64,000 bases of DNA, taken from NCBI GenBank assembly GCA_963815115.1, contig CAWFFN010000008.1, forward strand, positions 448,001 to 512,000, given 5' to 3'. Made by a program: the position numbers and the translations under genes. The DNA is from an uncultured delta proteobacterium (GTDB taxonomy: Bacteria > Desulfobacterota > Binatia > DP-6). The number at the start of each line of letters is the position of its first letter. Within the stretch, counting starts at the first letter, position 1. Below, piece after piece: positions 38,739 to 49,055 of the stretch. The notes under the pieces were generated by a model. The model was not told the origin of the DNA and did not search any database. It saw only the letters and a program-made list of their open reading frames with translations.

Positions 38739-41582
38739 ATGCTTCGGACGTTCCGGGCCGACTACGAGCGGCTGCTTCCGCAGGTCGAGAAGCCGGGCCG
38801 CTACCTGGGGAACGAGCGCGCCTCCGTCCGCAAGGACCCGTCCGCGGTGGCCGTCCGCTTCGCGCTCGCGTTTCCCGAGGTGTACGAGATCGCGCAGTCC
38901 CACCTCGGGCTGCAGATTCTCTACGACATCCTGAACCGCCGGCCCGACGTCGTGGCGGAACGCTGCTATGCACCCTGGGGCGACCTGGAGGCGTTGTTGC
39001 GAGCGCACGGCCTGCCGCTCGTCTCGCTCGAGAGCCACCTGGCCCTGCGCGACTTCCACATCGTCGGCTTCAGCCTGCAGTACGAGCTCACCTATGCGAA
39101 CCTGCTGACCATGCTCGAGCTGGGGGGCATCCCCCTGCGGGCGGCCGACCGCGGTGCCGACGATCCCGTGGTGATCGCCGGCGGCCCGTGCGCGTTCAAT
39201 CCCGAGCCGCTCGCGCCCTTCCTCGACGCCGTCGTGCTGGGCGACGGGGAGGAGGCCGTCGGGCAGGTGGTCGACGCGGTTCGCGAGCACCGCGACGGTG
39301 ACGGCGGTCGCACGGTCCTGCTGCGCGCGCTCGCCGCGCTGCCGGGTGTCTACGTGCCGGCGTTCTTCACACCCCGCTATCACGACGACGGCACCATCGC
39401 CGAGATCGTTCCGCTCGACCCCGCGCGCCCCGTCGTGGCGAAGCGCGTGCTCCCGGACCTCGACGCCTTCCCCCCGCCGACCAACCCCATCGTCCCCAAC
39501 CTCGGCGTGGTGCACGACCGCGCCAGCGTCGAGGTGATGCGCGGCTGCGTGAAGGGCTGCCGCTTCTGCCAGGCGGGCTACATCTACCGCCCCCTGCGCG
39601 AGCGGGACCCCGAGCGCGTGGTCGCCCACACCCACGAGCTGATGGCGCGCACCGGCTACGAGGAGGTGTCGCTGCTCTCGCTCTCGACGGGCGACTACAG
39701 CGGCGTCAATCCGGTGCTCAAGTCGCTCATGGACCGGCTCGCTCCCGAGCACGTCGCGGTGTCGCTGCCGTCGACACGCGTCGACGCGCTCTCGCCCCGC
39801 ATCCTCGAGGAGATCCGTCGCGTCCGGAAGACCGGCTTCACCCTCGCGCCCGAGGCCGGCACGCAGCGGCTGCGCGACGTCATCCAGAAGGAGTACCGCG
39901 AGGAGGAGCTGCTCGAGGCTGCCCGGCTGTTCGCGGAGCTCGGATGGCGGAGCCTCAAGCTCTACTTCATGATCGGGCTGCCCAGCGAGACCGAGGAAGA
40001 CGTGCTCGGCATCGCGGAGCTCGCCGGCCGGGTGAAGCGGGCGGCACGCGGCCGGCTGCGCGTGACGGCGAGCGTTTCCACGTTCTCGCCGAAGCCGCAC
40101 ACCCCGTTCCAGTGGGCCGCGCAGCTCGACGTCGAGGAGACCGAGGCGCGCCAGTCGCTGCTGCGGCGCGAGCTCGGCCGTCGCGGTGTCGAGTTTCGCT
40201 GGCACGACAGCCGGCTCTCGTGGCTCGAGGGCGTGTTCGCGCGCGGTGACCGGCGGCTGGCCGACGTCCTCGAGCGAGCGCAACGAGCAGGCGCCCGCTT
40301 CGACGGCTGGTCGGATCGCTGCCGGCCCGAGCTGTGGAGCGAGGCGCTCGCCGCCAGCGGGCTCGACCCCGAGTTCTACCTCCGCCGCCGCCCGCTCGGC
40401 GAGACGCTGCCGTGGAACCACCTCGACGCCGGGGTGAGCGCACGCTTCCTGCGCCAGGACCTGGCCCGTGCCGTGGAAGGCGTCCTCACGCCCGACTGCT
40501 CCATCGAGCGCTGCACGTACTGCGGCGCGTGCGACTTCGAGACCGTGCGCAACGTCGACTACCACCCATCGGGCGCGAAGGGCAGCGATCACCGCGGCGA
40601 ACGGGTCTCGCGCTGGGCGGAACTGGTCGTGCCACGGGCGGATGGCGACACCCTGCCCGAATGGGAGACCCGCACCTGGCGGCGCATCCGTACCGAGGTG
40701 GCAGCCCGCCGCGCGGCACGGCTGCCGGCGGCGCGCGCCACCCGCGCGGCCGACGCGGCGCCGCTGCCCGCCACGCTGGGTGCGCGGGGCGGAAGTGCGG
40801 CGAACGGCGCCGCGGCCGGCGGCGAGGGCAACGCCGAGGAGTGGCTCGGAGCCGTCCCCTCGTCGCTCGTGCCGGTCGCATCGGCGCCGGCGGCCGTGCA
40901 GCGGATCCGGTTCCGCTATCGCAAGGTCGGGCCGGCGCGCTTCATCGGGACGCGCGAGCTCACCACCGTGCTGGCACGGGCCGCACGCCGCGCTCGCTTG
41001 CCGGTGGCCTTCTCCCGCGGCCACCACCCCCTGCCGCGCCTGTCGTTCGGCCCCGCCCTCCCGCTCGGCGCCTCCAGCGAGGACGAGCTCTTCGACATCG
41101 ACCTCACGGTAGCGGTGGCGCCGCCCGAGGCGCTGGCGCGCCTCGGCGACGAGCTGCCGGAAGGCCTCGCGCTCCTCGGTGGCGTCGAGGTCCCGCGCTC
41201 GGCGCGCAGCATCGACGAGTCGGTGGCGGCATTCCGCTGGGAAGTCGACCTGGGCGAGCTGCCGCAGCGGCCCGAGCCACGGTCCGTCGCCGCCGCCGTG
41301 TCGCGGTTCCGCGGCGGCGCGCCCCTGCCCGTGTCCAAGCCGGGCAAGAGCGGCGAGCGCACGGTCGACGCCCGCGACACGATCACCGCCCTCGAGCAGC
41401 CCGGGCCCGAGCGGCTCGTCCTCGAGATCGCCGTCGGGCGCGACGGCACGCTCCGGCCGAGTGCGGTGGTCGGCGCGCTCCTCGGACTCGATGCCGCAAT
41501 GCTGCCCGCGCTTCGCGTCCACAAGCTGGCGACCCGATTCCGCGCTGCCCCCGATCCGAAGGCAGCCCCTGCGGCATCCTAG
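38739..41582 (+). CDS. TIGR03960-type B12-binding radical SAM protein fused to a TIGR03936/DUF2344 domain
   Basis: KPGRYLGNE; FPEVYEI; RGCVKGCRFC; APEAG; CTYCGAC; C-terminal FSRGHHPLPRLSFGPALPLG. Confidence 0.92.
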   Translation: MLRTFRADYERLLPQVEKPGRYLGNERASVRKDPSAVAVRFALAFPEVYEIAQSHLGLQILYDILNRRPDVVAERCYAPWGDLEALLRAHGLPLVSLESHLALRDFHIVGFSLQYELTYANLLTMLELGGIPLRAADRGADDPVVIAGGPCAFNPEPLAPFLDAVVLGDGEEAVGQVVDAVREHRDGDGGRTVLLRALAALPGVYVPAFFTPRYHDDGTIAEIVPLDPARPVVAKRVLPDLDAFPPPTNPIVPNLGVVHDRASVEVMRGCVKGCRFCQAGYIYRPLRERDPERVVAHTHELMARTGYEEVSLLSLSTGDYSGVNPVLKSLMDRLAPEHVAVSLPSTRVDALSPRILEEIRRVRKTGFTLAPEAGTQRLRDVIQKEYREEELLEAARLFAELGWRSLKLYFMIGLPSETEEDVLGIAELAGRVKRAARGRLRVTASVSTFSPKPHTPFQWAAQLDVEETEARQSLLRRELGRRGVEFRWHDSRLSWLEGVFARGDRRLADVLERAQRAGARFDGWSDRCRPELWSEALAASGLDPEFYLRRRPLGETLPWNHLDAGVSARFLRQDLARAVEGVLTPDCSIERCTYCGACDFETVRNVDYHPSGAKGSDHRGERVSRWAELVVPRADGDTLPEWETRTWRRIRTEVAARRAARLPAARATRAADAAPLPATLGARGGSAANGAAAGGEGNAEEWLGAVPSSLVPVASAPAAVQRIRFRYRKVGPARFIGTRELTTVLARAARRARLPVAFSRGHHPLPRLSFGPALPLGASSEDELFDIDLTVAVAPPEALARLGDELPEGLALLGGVEVPRSARSIDESVAAFRWEVDLGELPQRPEPRSVAAAVSRFRGGAPLPVSKPGKSGERTVDARDTITALEQPGPERLVLEIAVGRDGTLRPSAVVGALLGLDAAMLPALRVHKLATRFRAAPDPKAAPAAS

Positions 41583-41588
41583 CGGCCG

Positions 41589-43127
41589 GTGGCGCAGCAG
41601 ATACTGATCAACGCGTCCGGATGGGAGACGCGGGTCGCCGTCCTCGACGAGACCGCGCTTCTCGAGCTGTACGTGGAGCGCGGACGCGAGCACGGCATCG
41701 CGGGAAACATCTACAAGGGCAAGGTGATCCGGGTGCTGCCCGGCATGCAGGCCGCCTTCGTCGACGTCGGGCTCGACAAGGCCGCGTTCCTGCACGTCTC
41801 GGATCTGGCCCCACCCGAGGAGCTGGCCGACAACGAGGTCGCCGAGGACCTGCTCGACGAAGGCGACGGCGCGGGGACGTGGGACGCCACCCCACCCGCC
41901 CGCGCCCCGGCGCCGCCCCTTCGCCCGATCGAGGAGCGGCTGTCGAAGGGGGCCGAGCTCATCGTGCAGGTGGCGAAGGAGCCCATCGGCAGCAAGGGGG
42001 CGCGGGTGACCGCCCGCATCTCGCTGCCCGGTCGCTATCTGGTCCTGACACCCGGCGCGCGGCACCTGGGCCTCTCACGCCGCATCGAGGACGTCGAGGA
42101 GCGCGAGCGGTTGCGGACGATCGTCGAGGCGGAGCGCCCCGCCGACGCCGGGCTCATCGTGCGCACCGCCTGCGAGGGCGCGACCAAGCGGGAGATTCGC
42201 GACGACGTGCGCTTCCTCACCCGGCTGTGGGCGCGAATCGGCAAGCTCGCGGCCAAGGAGACCGCGCCCGCCCTGATCCATCAGGACCTGGACCTCGTGC
42301 TGCGGACGGTGCGCGACCTCTTCACCAGCCACGTCGAGCGTCTGAGCATCGACGCCGCGGCGGACCACGCCCGGGTGCTCGAGTTCGTCCAGGCCACGAT
42401 GCCGCGCTTGGCATCGCGGGTGCATCACTACCAGGGCGTCACGCCGATCTTCGAGCAGCACGGCGTGGAGAGCAAGATCGCGCGCGCTCTCGAGCGCCGC
42501 GTGTGGCTCAAGTCGGGCGGGTATCTGGTCATCGAGCAGACCGAGTCGCTGACCGCCATCGACGTCAACACCGGCCGCTACGTCGGCAAGAAGAGTCAGG
42601 AAGAGACCGTCCTCCGCACCAACCTCGAAGCCGCGAAGCAGGTCGTCGCCCAGCTCCGCCTGCGCAACCTGGGCGGCATCATCGTCATCGACTTCATCGA
42701 CATGGAGGAGGCGGCGAATCGCAAGCAGGTCTTCGACCTCCTCCAGGAGTCCGTGCGCACCGACAAGGCGCGCACCAACATCCTGCGTATCTCGGAGCTC
42801 GGCCTGGTCCAGATGACCCGCAAGCGGACGCGCGAGAGCCTGGGACAGCTCCTGTCGAGCCCGTGCCCGCACTGCCAGGGCACGGGCCGGGTGCGATCGG
42901 TCGAGAGCCTCGCCGCGGATGCGCTGCGGCGTGCACAGCACGAAGCGGGCCTGCATCCCGGCACGACCGCCCTCGTGCTGCGGGTGCATCCCGAGGTGGC
43001 GGAGTTTCTCGGCGGACGGCGCGCGCAGAGCATCGGCGAGCTCGAGAGCCTGATCGGCCGCCCGCTCACCGTCGAGGGCGTGCCCGACCTGGGGCGCGGC
43101 GAGGTGGAGATCAGCCACGAGGTGTAG
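41589..43127 (+). CDS. rng: Ribonuclease G (Rne/Rng family)
   Basis: GNIYKGKV..VLPGMQAAFVD; IDVNTG; RLRNLGGIIVIDFIDM; CPHCQGTG. Confidence 0.93.
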   Translation: MAQQILINASGWETRVAVLDETALLELYVERGREHGIAGNIYKGKVIRVLPGMQAAFVDVGLDKAAFLHVSDLAPPEELADNEVAEDLLDEGDGAGTWDATPPARAPAPPLRPIEERLSKGAELIVQVAKEPIGSKGARVTARISLPGRYLVLTPGARHLGLSRRIEDVEERERLRTIVEAERPADAGLIVRTACEGATKREIRDDVRFLTRLWARIGKLAAKETAPALIHQDLDLVLRTVRDLFTSHVERLSIDAAADHARVLEFVQATMPRLASRVHHYQGVTPIFEQHGVESKIARALERRVWLKSGGYLVIEQTESLTAIDVNTGRYVGKKSQEETVLRTNLEAAKQVVAQLRLRNLGGIIVIDFIDMEEAANRKQVFDLLQESVRTDKARTNILRISELGLVQMTRKRTRESLGQLLSSPCPHCQGTGRVRSVESLAADALRRAQHEAGLHPGTTALVLRVHPEVAEFLGGRRAQSIGELESLIGRPLTVEGVPDLGRGEVEISHEV

Positions 43128-44259
43128 CCCGCACCCGGCGCGCAGCGCGGGGAGCGAAGGCGCGAAGCGGCAGGGCGGTGGTGCCGTCCAGGACGAGGTC
43201 GGCGACCGCCGCCGCGACGATCGGCGCGAGCAGGATGCCGCTGCGGTAGAGGCCGGTCGCGTAGAACAGCCCGGGCACGTCGGGTGCCGGCCCGAGGATC
43301 GGCAGCCCGTCGGGCGTGCCGGGGCGCAGCCCGGCGTAGGTGCGCTCCAGACTCGCCGCAGCCAGCCCGGGCGCCATGGCCACGGCCGCCGCCAGCAGCG
43401 CGGCCGCCGCCCCCATCGTCACGCGCTTCTCGAAGCCCGCGCGCTCCCGCGTGCTGCCGAGGAGCACGCGCCCGTCGAGCCGCGGGACGAGATACGCACG
43501 CCGGGAATAGAGCGGCAGCGCGAGGTCGTCGGGGGAGCCGCGCAGCACCAGCATCTGCCCGCGGACGGGGAACACGGGCGGCACGCTCGCGCCTGCAGGC
43601 ACGCCGACGTCCGCCGCCCATGCTCCCGCGGCGTTGACGGCGACGCGGGTCGCGATCGGGCCCTGATCGGTGATGACGGCGCTCAGACGCCCGCCGCGCG
43701 CCCGGACCGCCAGCGCCCCGGTGCGTTCGCGAACGACGACACCGGCGCGGCGCGCGGCGATCCCGGCGGCCACCGCCAGGCGCTCGTTGTTCACGCGATG
43801 GTCGTCCGGGAAGTGGACGGCGAGCCGGACGCGTGGAGCGAGCACCGGGGCGAGGCGGCGCGCGGCCCGCGGCAGGAGACGAGCCACCCGCAGGCCGAGA
43901 CGCTGCTGCCAGGCCGCGCGGGCGGCGAGCACGCGGGCGTCGGCCGCGTCGAGTGCCACGTAGAGGATGCCGTCGGTGCGGTACTCGACGTCGATGCCGC
44001 TCTCGGCCTGCAGGCACTCGACCCAGTCCGGGTACCGCCGCCGGCTCTCGAGCGCCAGGTGGAGCAGCGGCCCCGGTCGCTCGGTCTCCGCCTGCGGCGC
44101 CACCATGCCGGCTGCCGCCCGGCTCGCCTCGGCGCCGAGCTCGCCGCGTTCGACGAGCACGGTGCGCGCTCCGCGGCGCGCCAGCTCGCGTCCCAGGGCA
44201 CATCCGATCAGACCACCGCCGATCACGACGACGTCGGCCGTGCGCTCCCGGGCCGTCAT
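43111..44259 (-). CDS. thiO: Glycine oxidase ThiO / DAO family
   Basis: VIGGGLIG; ASRAAAGM; PVRGQM; GLRPGTPDGLP; LYRSGILLAP. Confidence 0.8.
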   Translation of the reverse strand: MTARERTADVVVIGGGLIGCALGRELARRGARTVLVERGELGAEASRAAAGMVAPQAETERPGPLLHLALESRRRYPDWVECLQAESGIDVEYRTDGILYVALDAADARVLAARAAWQQRLGLRVARLLPRAARRLAPVLAPRVRLAVHFPDDHRVNNERLAVAAGIAARRAGVVVRERTGALAVRARGGRLSAVITDQGPIATRVAVNAAGAWAADVGVPAGASVPPVFPVRGQMLVLRGSPDDLALPLYSRRAYLVPRLDGRVLLGSTRERAGFEKRVTMGAAAALLAAAVAMAPGLAAASLERTYAGLRPGTPDGLPILGPAPDVPGLFYATGLYRSGILLAPIVAAAVADLVLDGTTALPLRAFAPRAARRVRATPRG

Positions 44260-44291
44260 GCGGTGCAAGGACCGCCGCCAGGCGGGCGACT

Positions 44292-44420
44292 CGAGATTCC
44301 GTCTCGGATCGACACGGAGGGCGAGATTGAGGCTTGCTGGACAGTGCGGCACGGATCCGCCCGATCCACCGAACGCCGCACGCTCGCCTCGCTTTCGCCC
44401 CGAGACGGAGTCTCGGGGCG
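44292..44420. repeat. REPIN/MITE-like element copy 2
   Basis: CGCCCCGAGAC-GGA-GTCTCGGGGCG at 44396-44420; inverted unit CGAGATTCCGTCTCGG at 44292-44307. Confidence 0.65.
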
Positions 44421-44425
44421 CGCTC

Positions 44426-44965
44426 CTAGTCCCTGGACGTGAGCCAGTAGCGCTGGAACTCGGGCAGGAAGGTGAGCGTCGCCATGGAGCGCATGCGATC
44501 GAGGTAGACGCGACCGTCCAGGTGGTCGCACTCGTGCTGCACGACCCGGGCGTGGAACCCGTTGGCGGTGAAGCGCAGCGGCCGCCCATCGCGGCCGTAT
44601 GCGTCGACCCGCACGGTGGTGAAGCGCGGCACCATGCCGCGCATGTCCGGCACGCTGAGACAGCCTTCCCAGTCCTCCTCCTGCGCGCCACCGACCGGTG
44701 TGATGGCTGGATTCACCAGCACCGTGAGGGGGACCTCGTCGGCATCGGGATAGCGCGGGTTGGCGTGCACTCCGTAGACCACCACGCGGCGGGAGACGTG
44801 CACCTGCGGCGCCGCCAGGCCGGCCCCATCGTGGTCGTCCATGGTCTCCAGCATGTCGTCGATCAGCTGCTGGATCTCGGGCGCGAGGATGGCCTCCGGC
44901 GAGACGGGCTCGGCGATCCGCCGAAGCACCGGATGGCCCAGACGGGCGACCTTGAGCACGGCCAT
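44426..44965 (-). CDS. def: Peptide deformylase
   Basis: GAGLAAPQ; EGCLS; QHECDH. Confidence 0.96.
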   Translation of the reverse strand: MAVLKVARLGHPVLRRIAEPVSPEAILAPEIQQLIDDMLETMDDHDGAGLAAPQVHVSRRVVVYGVHANPRYPDADEVPLTVLVNPAITPVGGAQEEDWEGCLSVPDMRGMVPRFTTVRVDAYGRDGRPLRFTANGFHARVVQHECDHLDGRVYLDRMRSMATLTFLPEFQRYWLTSRD

Positions 44966-44988
44966 GGGTCTCGTCTCGCAGATCGGTC

Positions 44989-45681
44989 GTGGGCACGCAA
45001 GCCAGCGCACACGTTGACGGCGCCGTCACGCCGTCCTATGCGGGCGCCGCCGCCGTGGCCTTCGCCGCAGTCGTCGACGCGCTCCTGATCGCTGCCTGGA
45101 TCGCCCTGGCAGCCGACAACCTCCGGCTCGCCCGCCGCGAGCGGGCCGCGCGCCAGCGGCTGGGACCCGTGGTTCGTGGCGGCTCCGGGCCGGGGTTCGC
45201 CGTCCGGCTCGGCGTCCTGATCGTGCTGCTGGGATGCGGCGCGCTTCTCGAGCGGCGCACCGGCGGGCGGCTCGCGTTTCATCCGGTCGCGGCGGCCGTC
45301 GGGGTCGCCCTCGCCGTCTCGGGCGTCGCCCTCCATCTCCGTGCGCGACGGGCTCTCGGGCCGTTCTGGTCGGGACCGGTCGCGGTCCGCGCCGGTCACG
45401 CGGTGGTGACGAGCGGCCCGTACGCCCTCGTGCGCCATCCGCTCTACCTGGCCGTGCTGCTGCTCGCCGCCGGCACGGTCCTCGCGCACCCGTCACTCGC
45501 CACGGTGTGCATCGCGGCCGGGCTCTCCGTCGGAATCGGACGCAAGATGCCCGCCGAGGAGCGCGCGCTGCGCGCCATCTGCGGCGAGGCGTACGCCCGC
45601 TATGCCAGCGAGGTGCCCGCGCTGATCCCGCGTCCGTCGCGGCTGCGGGACGCGCTGGTCAGCGCCGGATCGCGTCGATGA
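44989..45681 (+). CDS. Isoprenylcysteine carboxyl methyltransferase/PEMT family membrane protein
   Basis: VTSGPYALVRHPLY; EERAL; YARY..VP. Start uncertain. Confidence 0.85.
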   Translation: MGTQASAHVDGAVTPSYAGAAAVAFAAVVDALLIAAWIALAADNLRLARRERAARQRLGPVVRGGSGPGFAVRLGVLIVLLGCGALLERRTGGRLAFHPVAAAVGVALAVSGVALHLRARRALGPFWSGPVAVRAGHAVVTSGPYALVRHPLYLAVLLLAAGTVLAHPSLATVCIAAGLSVGIGRKMPAEERALRAICGEAYARYASEVPALIPRPSRLRDALVSAGSRR

Positions 45682-46678
45682 GCTCGCGGCGGGCCGTCTC
45701 GTCCGCCGGGAGCGAGCCCGGGAGGGCGTAGAATCCCAGGCGATCGATCACGCCGGTGTACTTCTTGCGCAGCAGGTCGGGGAGCTCGTCGTACGTTCCC
45801 TGCACCGCGTAGACGTCGAGCATCTCGTCCGTGATCAGGGAACCCATGCCCCCCCAGTCCCCCTTGGCGGCCTTCTCGTTCAGGCGATGGCAGGTCTCAC
45901 CCCAGCCGTGCGCCTCGAGAACGCCGATGTAGGTGCGAGTCGAGGCGTAGAAGGCGAGCTGCGTGCGCACCGGGTTCTTGGCCCGCTCGAGATCGTCACG
46001 CGTCGGGCCGGTGATCACAAAAGCGGTGGTGGCGAGCGTCAGGTCCTTGCGGGTCCGCTTCGACTTCGCCAGGCCCGTCTCCATGTTCGGCATGAGCGTC
46101 TCGCGCAGGTACTTGATGGAGTGGAAGGGATGCACGTGGATGCCGTCGCACAGCTCGCCGGCGAGCCGACACATGTAGGGGTTCACCGCCGCGATGTAGA
46201 TCGGCACGTGCGGCCAGTCGTGCGGCCCCGGGGCGAAGAACGGCGTCATCAGGCTGAAGCGGTAGTACGTGCCCTCGAAGCCCGGACGCGTGCCGTTCTG
46301 CCACACGTCCCAGATGTGGCGGAGGAGCTGGATCATCTCGCGCAGGCGCGGGCCAGGCGGCATCCACGGGGTGGAGTAGCGCCGCTCGTTGTGACCCTTC
46401 ACCTGCGTCCCGAGCCCGAGCACGAAGCGCCCGCGTGACGCCGCCTGGAGGTCCCAGGCGATCTGGGCATGCACCAGCGGGCTGCGCGGGAAGGCGACGG
46501 CGATGTTGGTGCCGATGGTGATCCGCTCCGTCGCGGTCGCCGCGAGGGCGCAGGGCAGGTACGGATCGTGGCCCGCCTCGGCGGTCCACAGGCCGTCGTA
46601 TCCGAAGCGCTCGGCGTCCCCTGCTTGCTGCGCGGCGTGACGCAGATCGGCCGATAGGACAGCGGTGTCGACCAGCAT
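45659..46678 (-). CDS. F420-dependent LLM oxidoreductase (TIGR03617-like)
   Basis: AEAGHDP; IAVAFPRSP; GRFVLGLGTQVKGH; FYASTRTY. Confidence 0.9.
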   Translation of the reverse strand: MLVDTAVLSADLRHAAQQAGDAERFGYDGLWTAEAGHDPYLPCALAATATERITIGTNIAVAFPRSPLVHAQIAWDLQAASRGRFVLGLGTQVKGHNERRYSTPWMPPGPRLREMIQLLRHIWDVWQNGTRPGFEGTYYRFSLMTPFFAPGPHDWPHVPIYIAAVNPYMCRLAGELCDGIHVHPFHSIKYLRETLMPNMETGLAKSKRTRKDLTLATTAFVITGPTRDDLERAKNPVRTQLAFYASTRTYIGVLEAHGWGETCHRLNEKAAKGDWGGMGSLITDEMLDVYAVQGTYDELPDLLRKKYTGVIDRLGFYALPGSLPADETARRELIDAIRR

Positions 46679-46710
46679 GGGCCCTGGGTACGCGACCGGC
46701 GCGGGTGCGG

Positions 46711-47583
46711 TCAAGAACGCGGCCGCGGGTCGAGGGCGGTCACCAGCGCCTGGGTGCCGAGGGAGCCGCCGCCGCGCGCCTCGACCAGGGCGAGGAGCTG
46801 GTGCACCACCGCCGTCGCCGGCAGCGGGACGCCGAGCGACGACGCCGCCGCCAGCGCCAGGCGGAGATCCTTCTGCTGCAGCCGGACCATGAAGCCCGGC
46901 GCGAAGTCGTCCTTCTGCATGCGGGGCCCGAGGTTGGAGAGCTGCCAGGAGGCGGCGGCGCCGCTCCCGACGGCGTCGATCACCGCGCCCGGCTCGAGAC
47001 CCGCGCGGGCCGCCAGCAGCAGTCCCTCGGCGACCGCGGCGAGCGTCGTCGCGCCCACCACCTGGTTGACCAGCTTCGTCATCTGACCCTGGCCCGGACC
47101 GCCCATGTGGGTCACCTTGCGGCCGATGGCGTCGAGCACCGGGCGGGCGCGGGCCACGGCCGCGGCGTCTCCGCCGACCATGATCGACAGGGTGCCGTCG
47201 ATGGCGCCCTGCTGGCCCCCGGACACCGGCGCGTCCAGGAAGTCGACGCCCGCCGCCGCCGCGCGCTCCGCGAGCCCCCGGGCCACGTCCGGCGCGATCG
47301 TGCTGGTGTCGATCACCAGCAGTCGCGGCGAGGCGCCGGCGAGGACGCCGTCGGGGCCCGCCACCACCTGCTCCACGTCCGGCCCGTCGGGCAGCGAGGT
47401 GACGACGGCGTCGACGACCGACGCCACCGCGGCCGGCGACCGCGCCGCAGTCGCGCCGAGCTCGACCAGCGGCTCGATCCGCGCCCGGCTGCGGCCGTGG
47501 ACGACCACCTCGTGCCCCGCCCGCAGGAGGTTGCGCGCCATCGGCGCGCCCATGATTCCGAGGCCGATGACGCCGACTCGCAT
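46711..47583 (-). CDS. Beta-hydroxyacid dehydrogenase (tartronate semialdehyde reductase / 3-hydroxyisobutyrate dehydrogenase family)
   Basis: GLGIMGAPMA; DAPVSGG; KLVNQ; KDLRLAL. Confidence 0.92.
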   Translation of the reverse strand: MRVGVIGLGIMGAPMARNLLRAGHEVVVHGRSRARIEPLVELGATAARSPAAVASVVDAVVTSLPDGPDVEQVVAGPDGVLAGASPRLLVIDTSTIAPDVARGLAERAAAAGVDFLDAPVSGGQQGAIDGTLSIMVGGDAAAVARARPVLDAIGRKVTHMGGPGQGQMTKLVNQVVGATTLAAVAEGLLLAARAGLEPGAVIDAVGSGAAASWQLSNLGPRMQKDDFAPGFMVRLQQKDLRLALAAASSLGVPLPATAVVHQLLALVEARGGGSLGTQALVTALDPRPRS

Positions 47584-47595
47584 CCGGCGAGTATC

Positions 47596-48960
47596 TCAGA
47601 ACCTGACCTGGCCCTCCAGCTGGACGCGGAACAGTGTCGGGTTGGTCGTCATCGCCGGCGCCGTGATGTAGTTGGTGATGTAGGTCCGTGCGCTGACCGT
47701 GAGCGGATCGAGGAGCTGGTACTGCGCCTCGAACACCGGCCCCTGCTGGTTGGTACCGCCGGGGCCGAAGTCGCTCCAGGCGAAGGAGGAGATGACGGCC
47801 TCCTGCCCGAGGTACTCGTAGAGCGCCGACAGCGCCCAGTCGCCGCGCACCTTCGGCTGCCCGAACTTGACCCCGCCCTGGATGCCCGTAGCCTTCGTGC
47901 TACCGGCCTGCCAGTTGTAGACGTAGTCGAGCCAGAACTTGAGCGGCATCGTCTCGACGACGTCGGGCAGCGTCGCGGCGAAGGTGAGCTGGGTCTCGTT
48001 GAACGCCCCCACGTACCCCGTGACCTGGCTCTTCCCGTTCACCTCTTCCGTCGTCACCAGGTTGGAGTTGAAGAGCGCCGTGTTGGTGTTGAGGGCCGTG
48101 GCGACGAAGTTGGGATTGAGCCACCACCACTGCGCGACGCCGCCCTCGAGCAGAACCGGTCCCGCGTGAGCGATCGGGTTCACCTGGCCGCCGAACATCC
48201 AGCCGTCCTGCGCGTTGGACACCTCGGAGAAGGTCCACTGCTCGGCCCAGACGCGCACCTGGTCGAGCGGGCCGACCTTGTCGGGCAGGAGCTGGTACAT
48301 CTGGCTGAAGCCCTCGACCGAGAGGTCGTCATCCCAGACCATCTCGCCCACCCGGAACTGCGGCGGCTGGAACTTGCCGAAGAGCAGGTTGACGGCACCG
48401 GGCCGGATCCCGAAGGTCTTCCCCGGGTTGAGGGCGATGTACGCCCAGTCGAGGTTGATGGGCTTGCGGGTGAACTCGTCGGTGAGGGTCTGGTTGGTCG
48501 AGATCGGATCGTTGGGATTGCCGCTCGCCAGCCGGATGGTCGCGGCCAGCTCGTCGCTGTAGCGGAAGGTCGCCCCGATGCGGGCCCGGATCCGCTCCCG
48601 GTTGCGCGCCGTCACGACCGCGCCCTCGCCGTGCGGCTGGTTGTAGAAGCCCTCGTGGCGAAAGCGAATGTCACCGAAGAGGGAGATCTTGTCCACCCAC
48701 TTGGAGGCGTCCGACCTGCCCTTCTGTGCCGTCTCGACGGCGGTGGCCTTCTGGTCGGCCTGGTCGGCCTGCTTCTGCGTTGCCTGTCCGACCGCACGCT
48801 GCTGATTCAGCTCCTGACGGAGCTGGTGGATCTCCTCCTGCTGGCGGCGCATGGCATCCTCCAGCATGCGGATGCGCTGCGAGTCCGACATCCCGGCCGC
48901 CAGGCCCGGAGCAACCAGCCACAGCAACCCTGCAGACAAGCCCACCGCGTACGACCGCAT
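47596..48960 (-). CDS. Putative outer-membrane porin with N-terminal coiled coil
   Basis: Signal peptide; Gln-rich coiled coil; GDIRFRHE..RERIRARIG; DPISTNQTL; WDDD; terminal Phe. Confidence 0.85.
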   Translation of the reverse strand: MRSYAVGLSAGLLWLVAPGLAAGMSDSQRIRMLEDAMRRQQEEIHQLRQELNQQRAVGQATQKQADQADQKATAVETAQKGRSDASKWVDKISLFGDIRFRHEGFYNQPHGEGAVVTARNRERIRARIGATFRYSDELAATIRLASGNPNDPISTNQTLTDEFTRKPINLDWAYIALNPGKTFGIRPGAVNLLFGKFQPPQFRVGEMVWDDDLSVEGFSQMYQLLPDKVGPLDQVRVWAEQWTFSEVSNAQDGWMFGGQVNPIAHAGPVLLEGGVAQWWWLNPNFVATALNTNTALFNSNLVTTEEVNGKSQVTGYVGAFNETQLTFAATLPDVVETMPLKFWLDYVYNWQAGSTKATGIQGGVKFGQPKVRGDWALSALYEYLGQEAVISSFAWSDFGPGGTNQQGPVFEAQYQLLDPLTVSARTYITNYITAPAMTTNPTLFRVQLEGQVRF

Positions 48961-49055
48961 CGACGCCCCCTTAGTCCGGTAGCCTGGGCCATTTGCAAAA
49001 AACCGCATCGCCTGTCGAGTGGCGAAGCCCCTGAAATCGTTGGATGCCACGGAGA

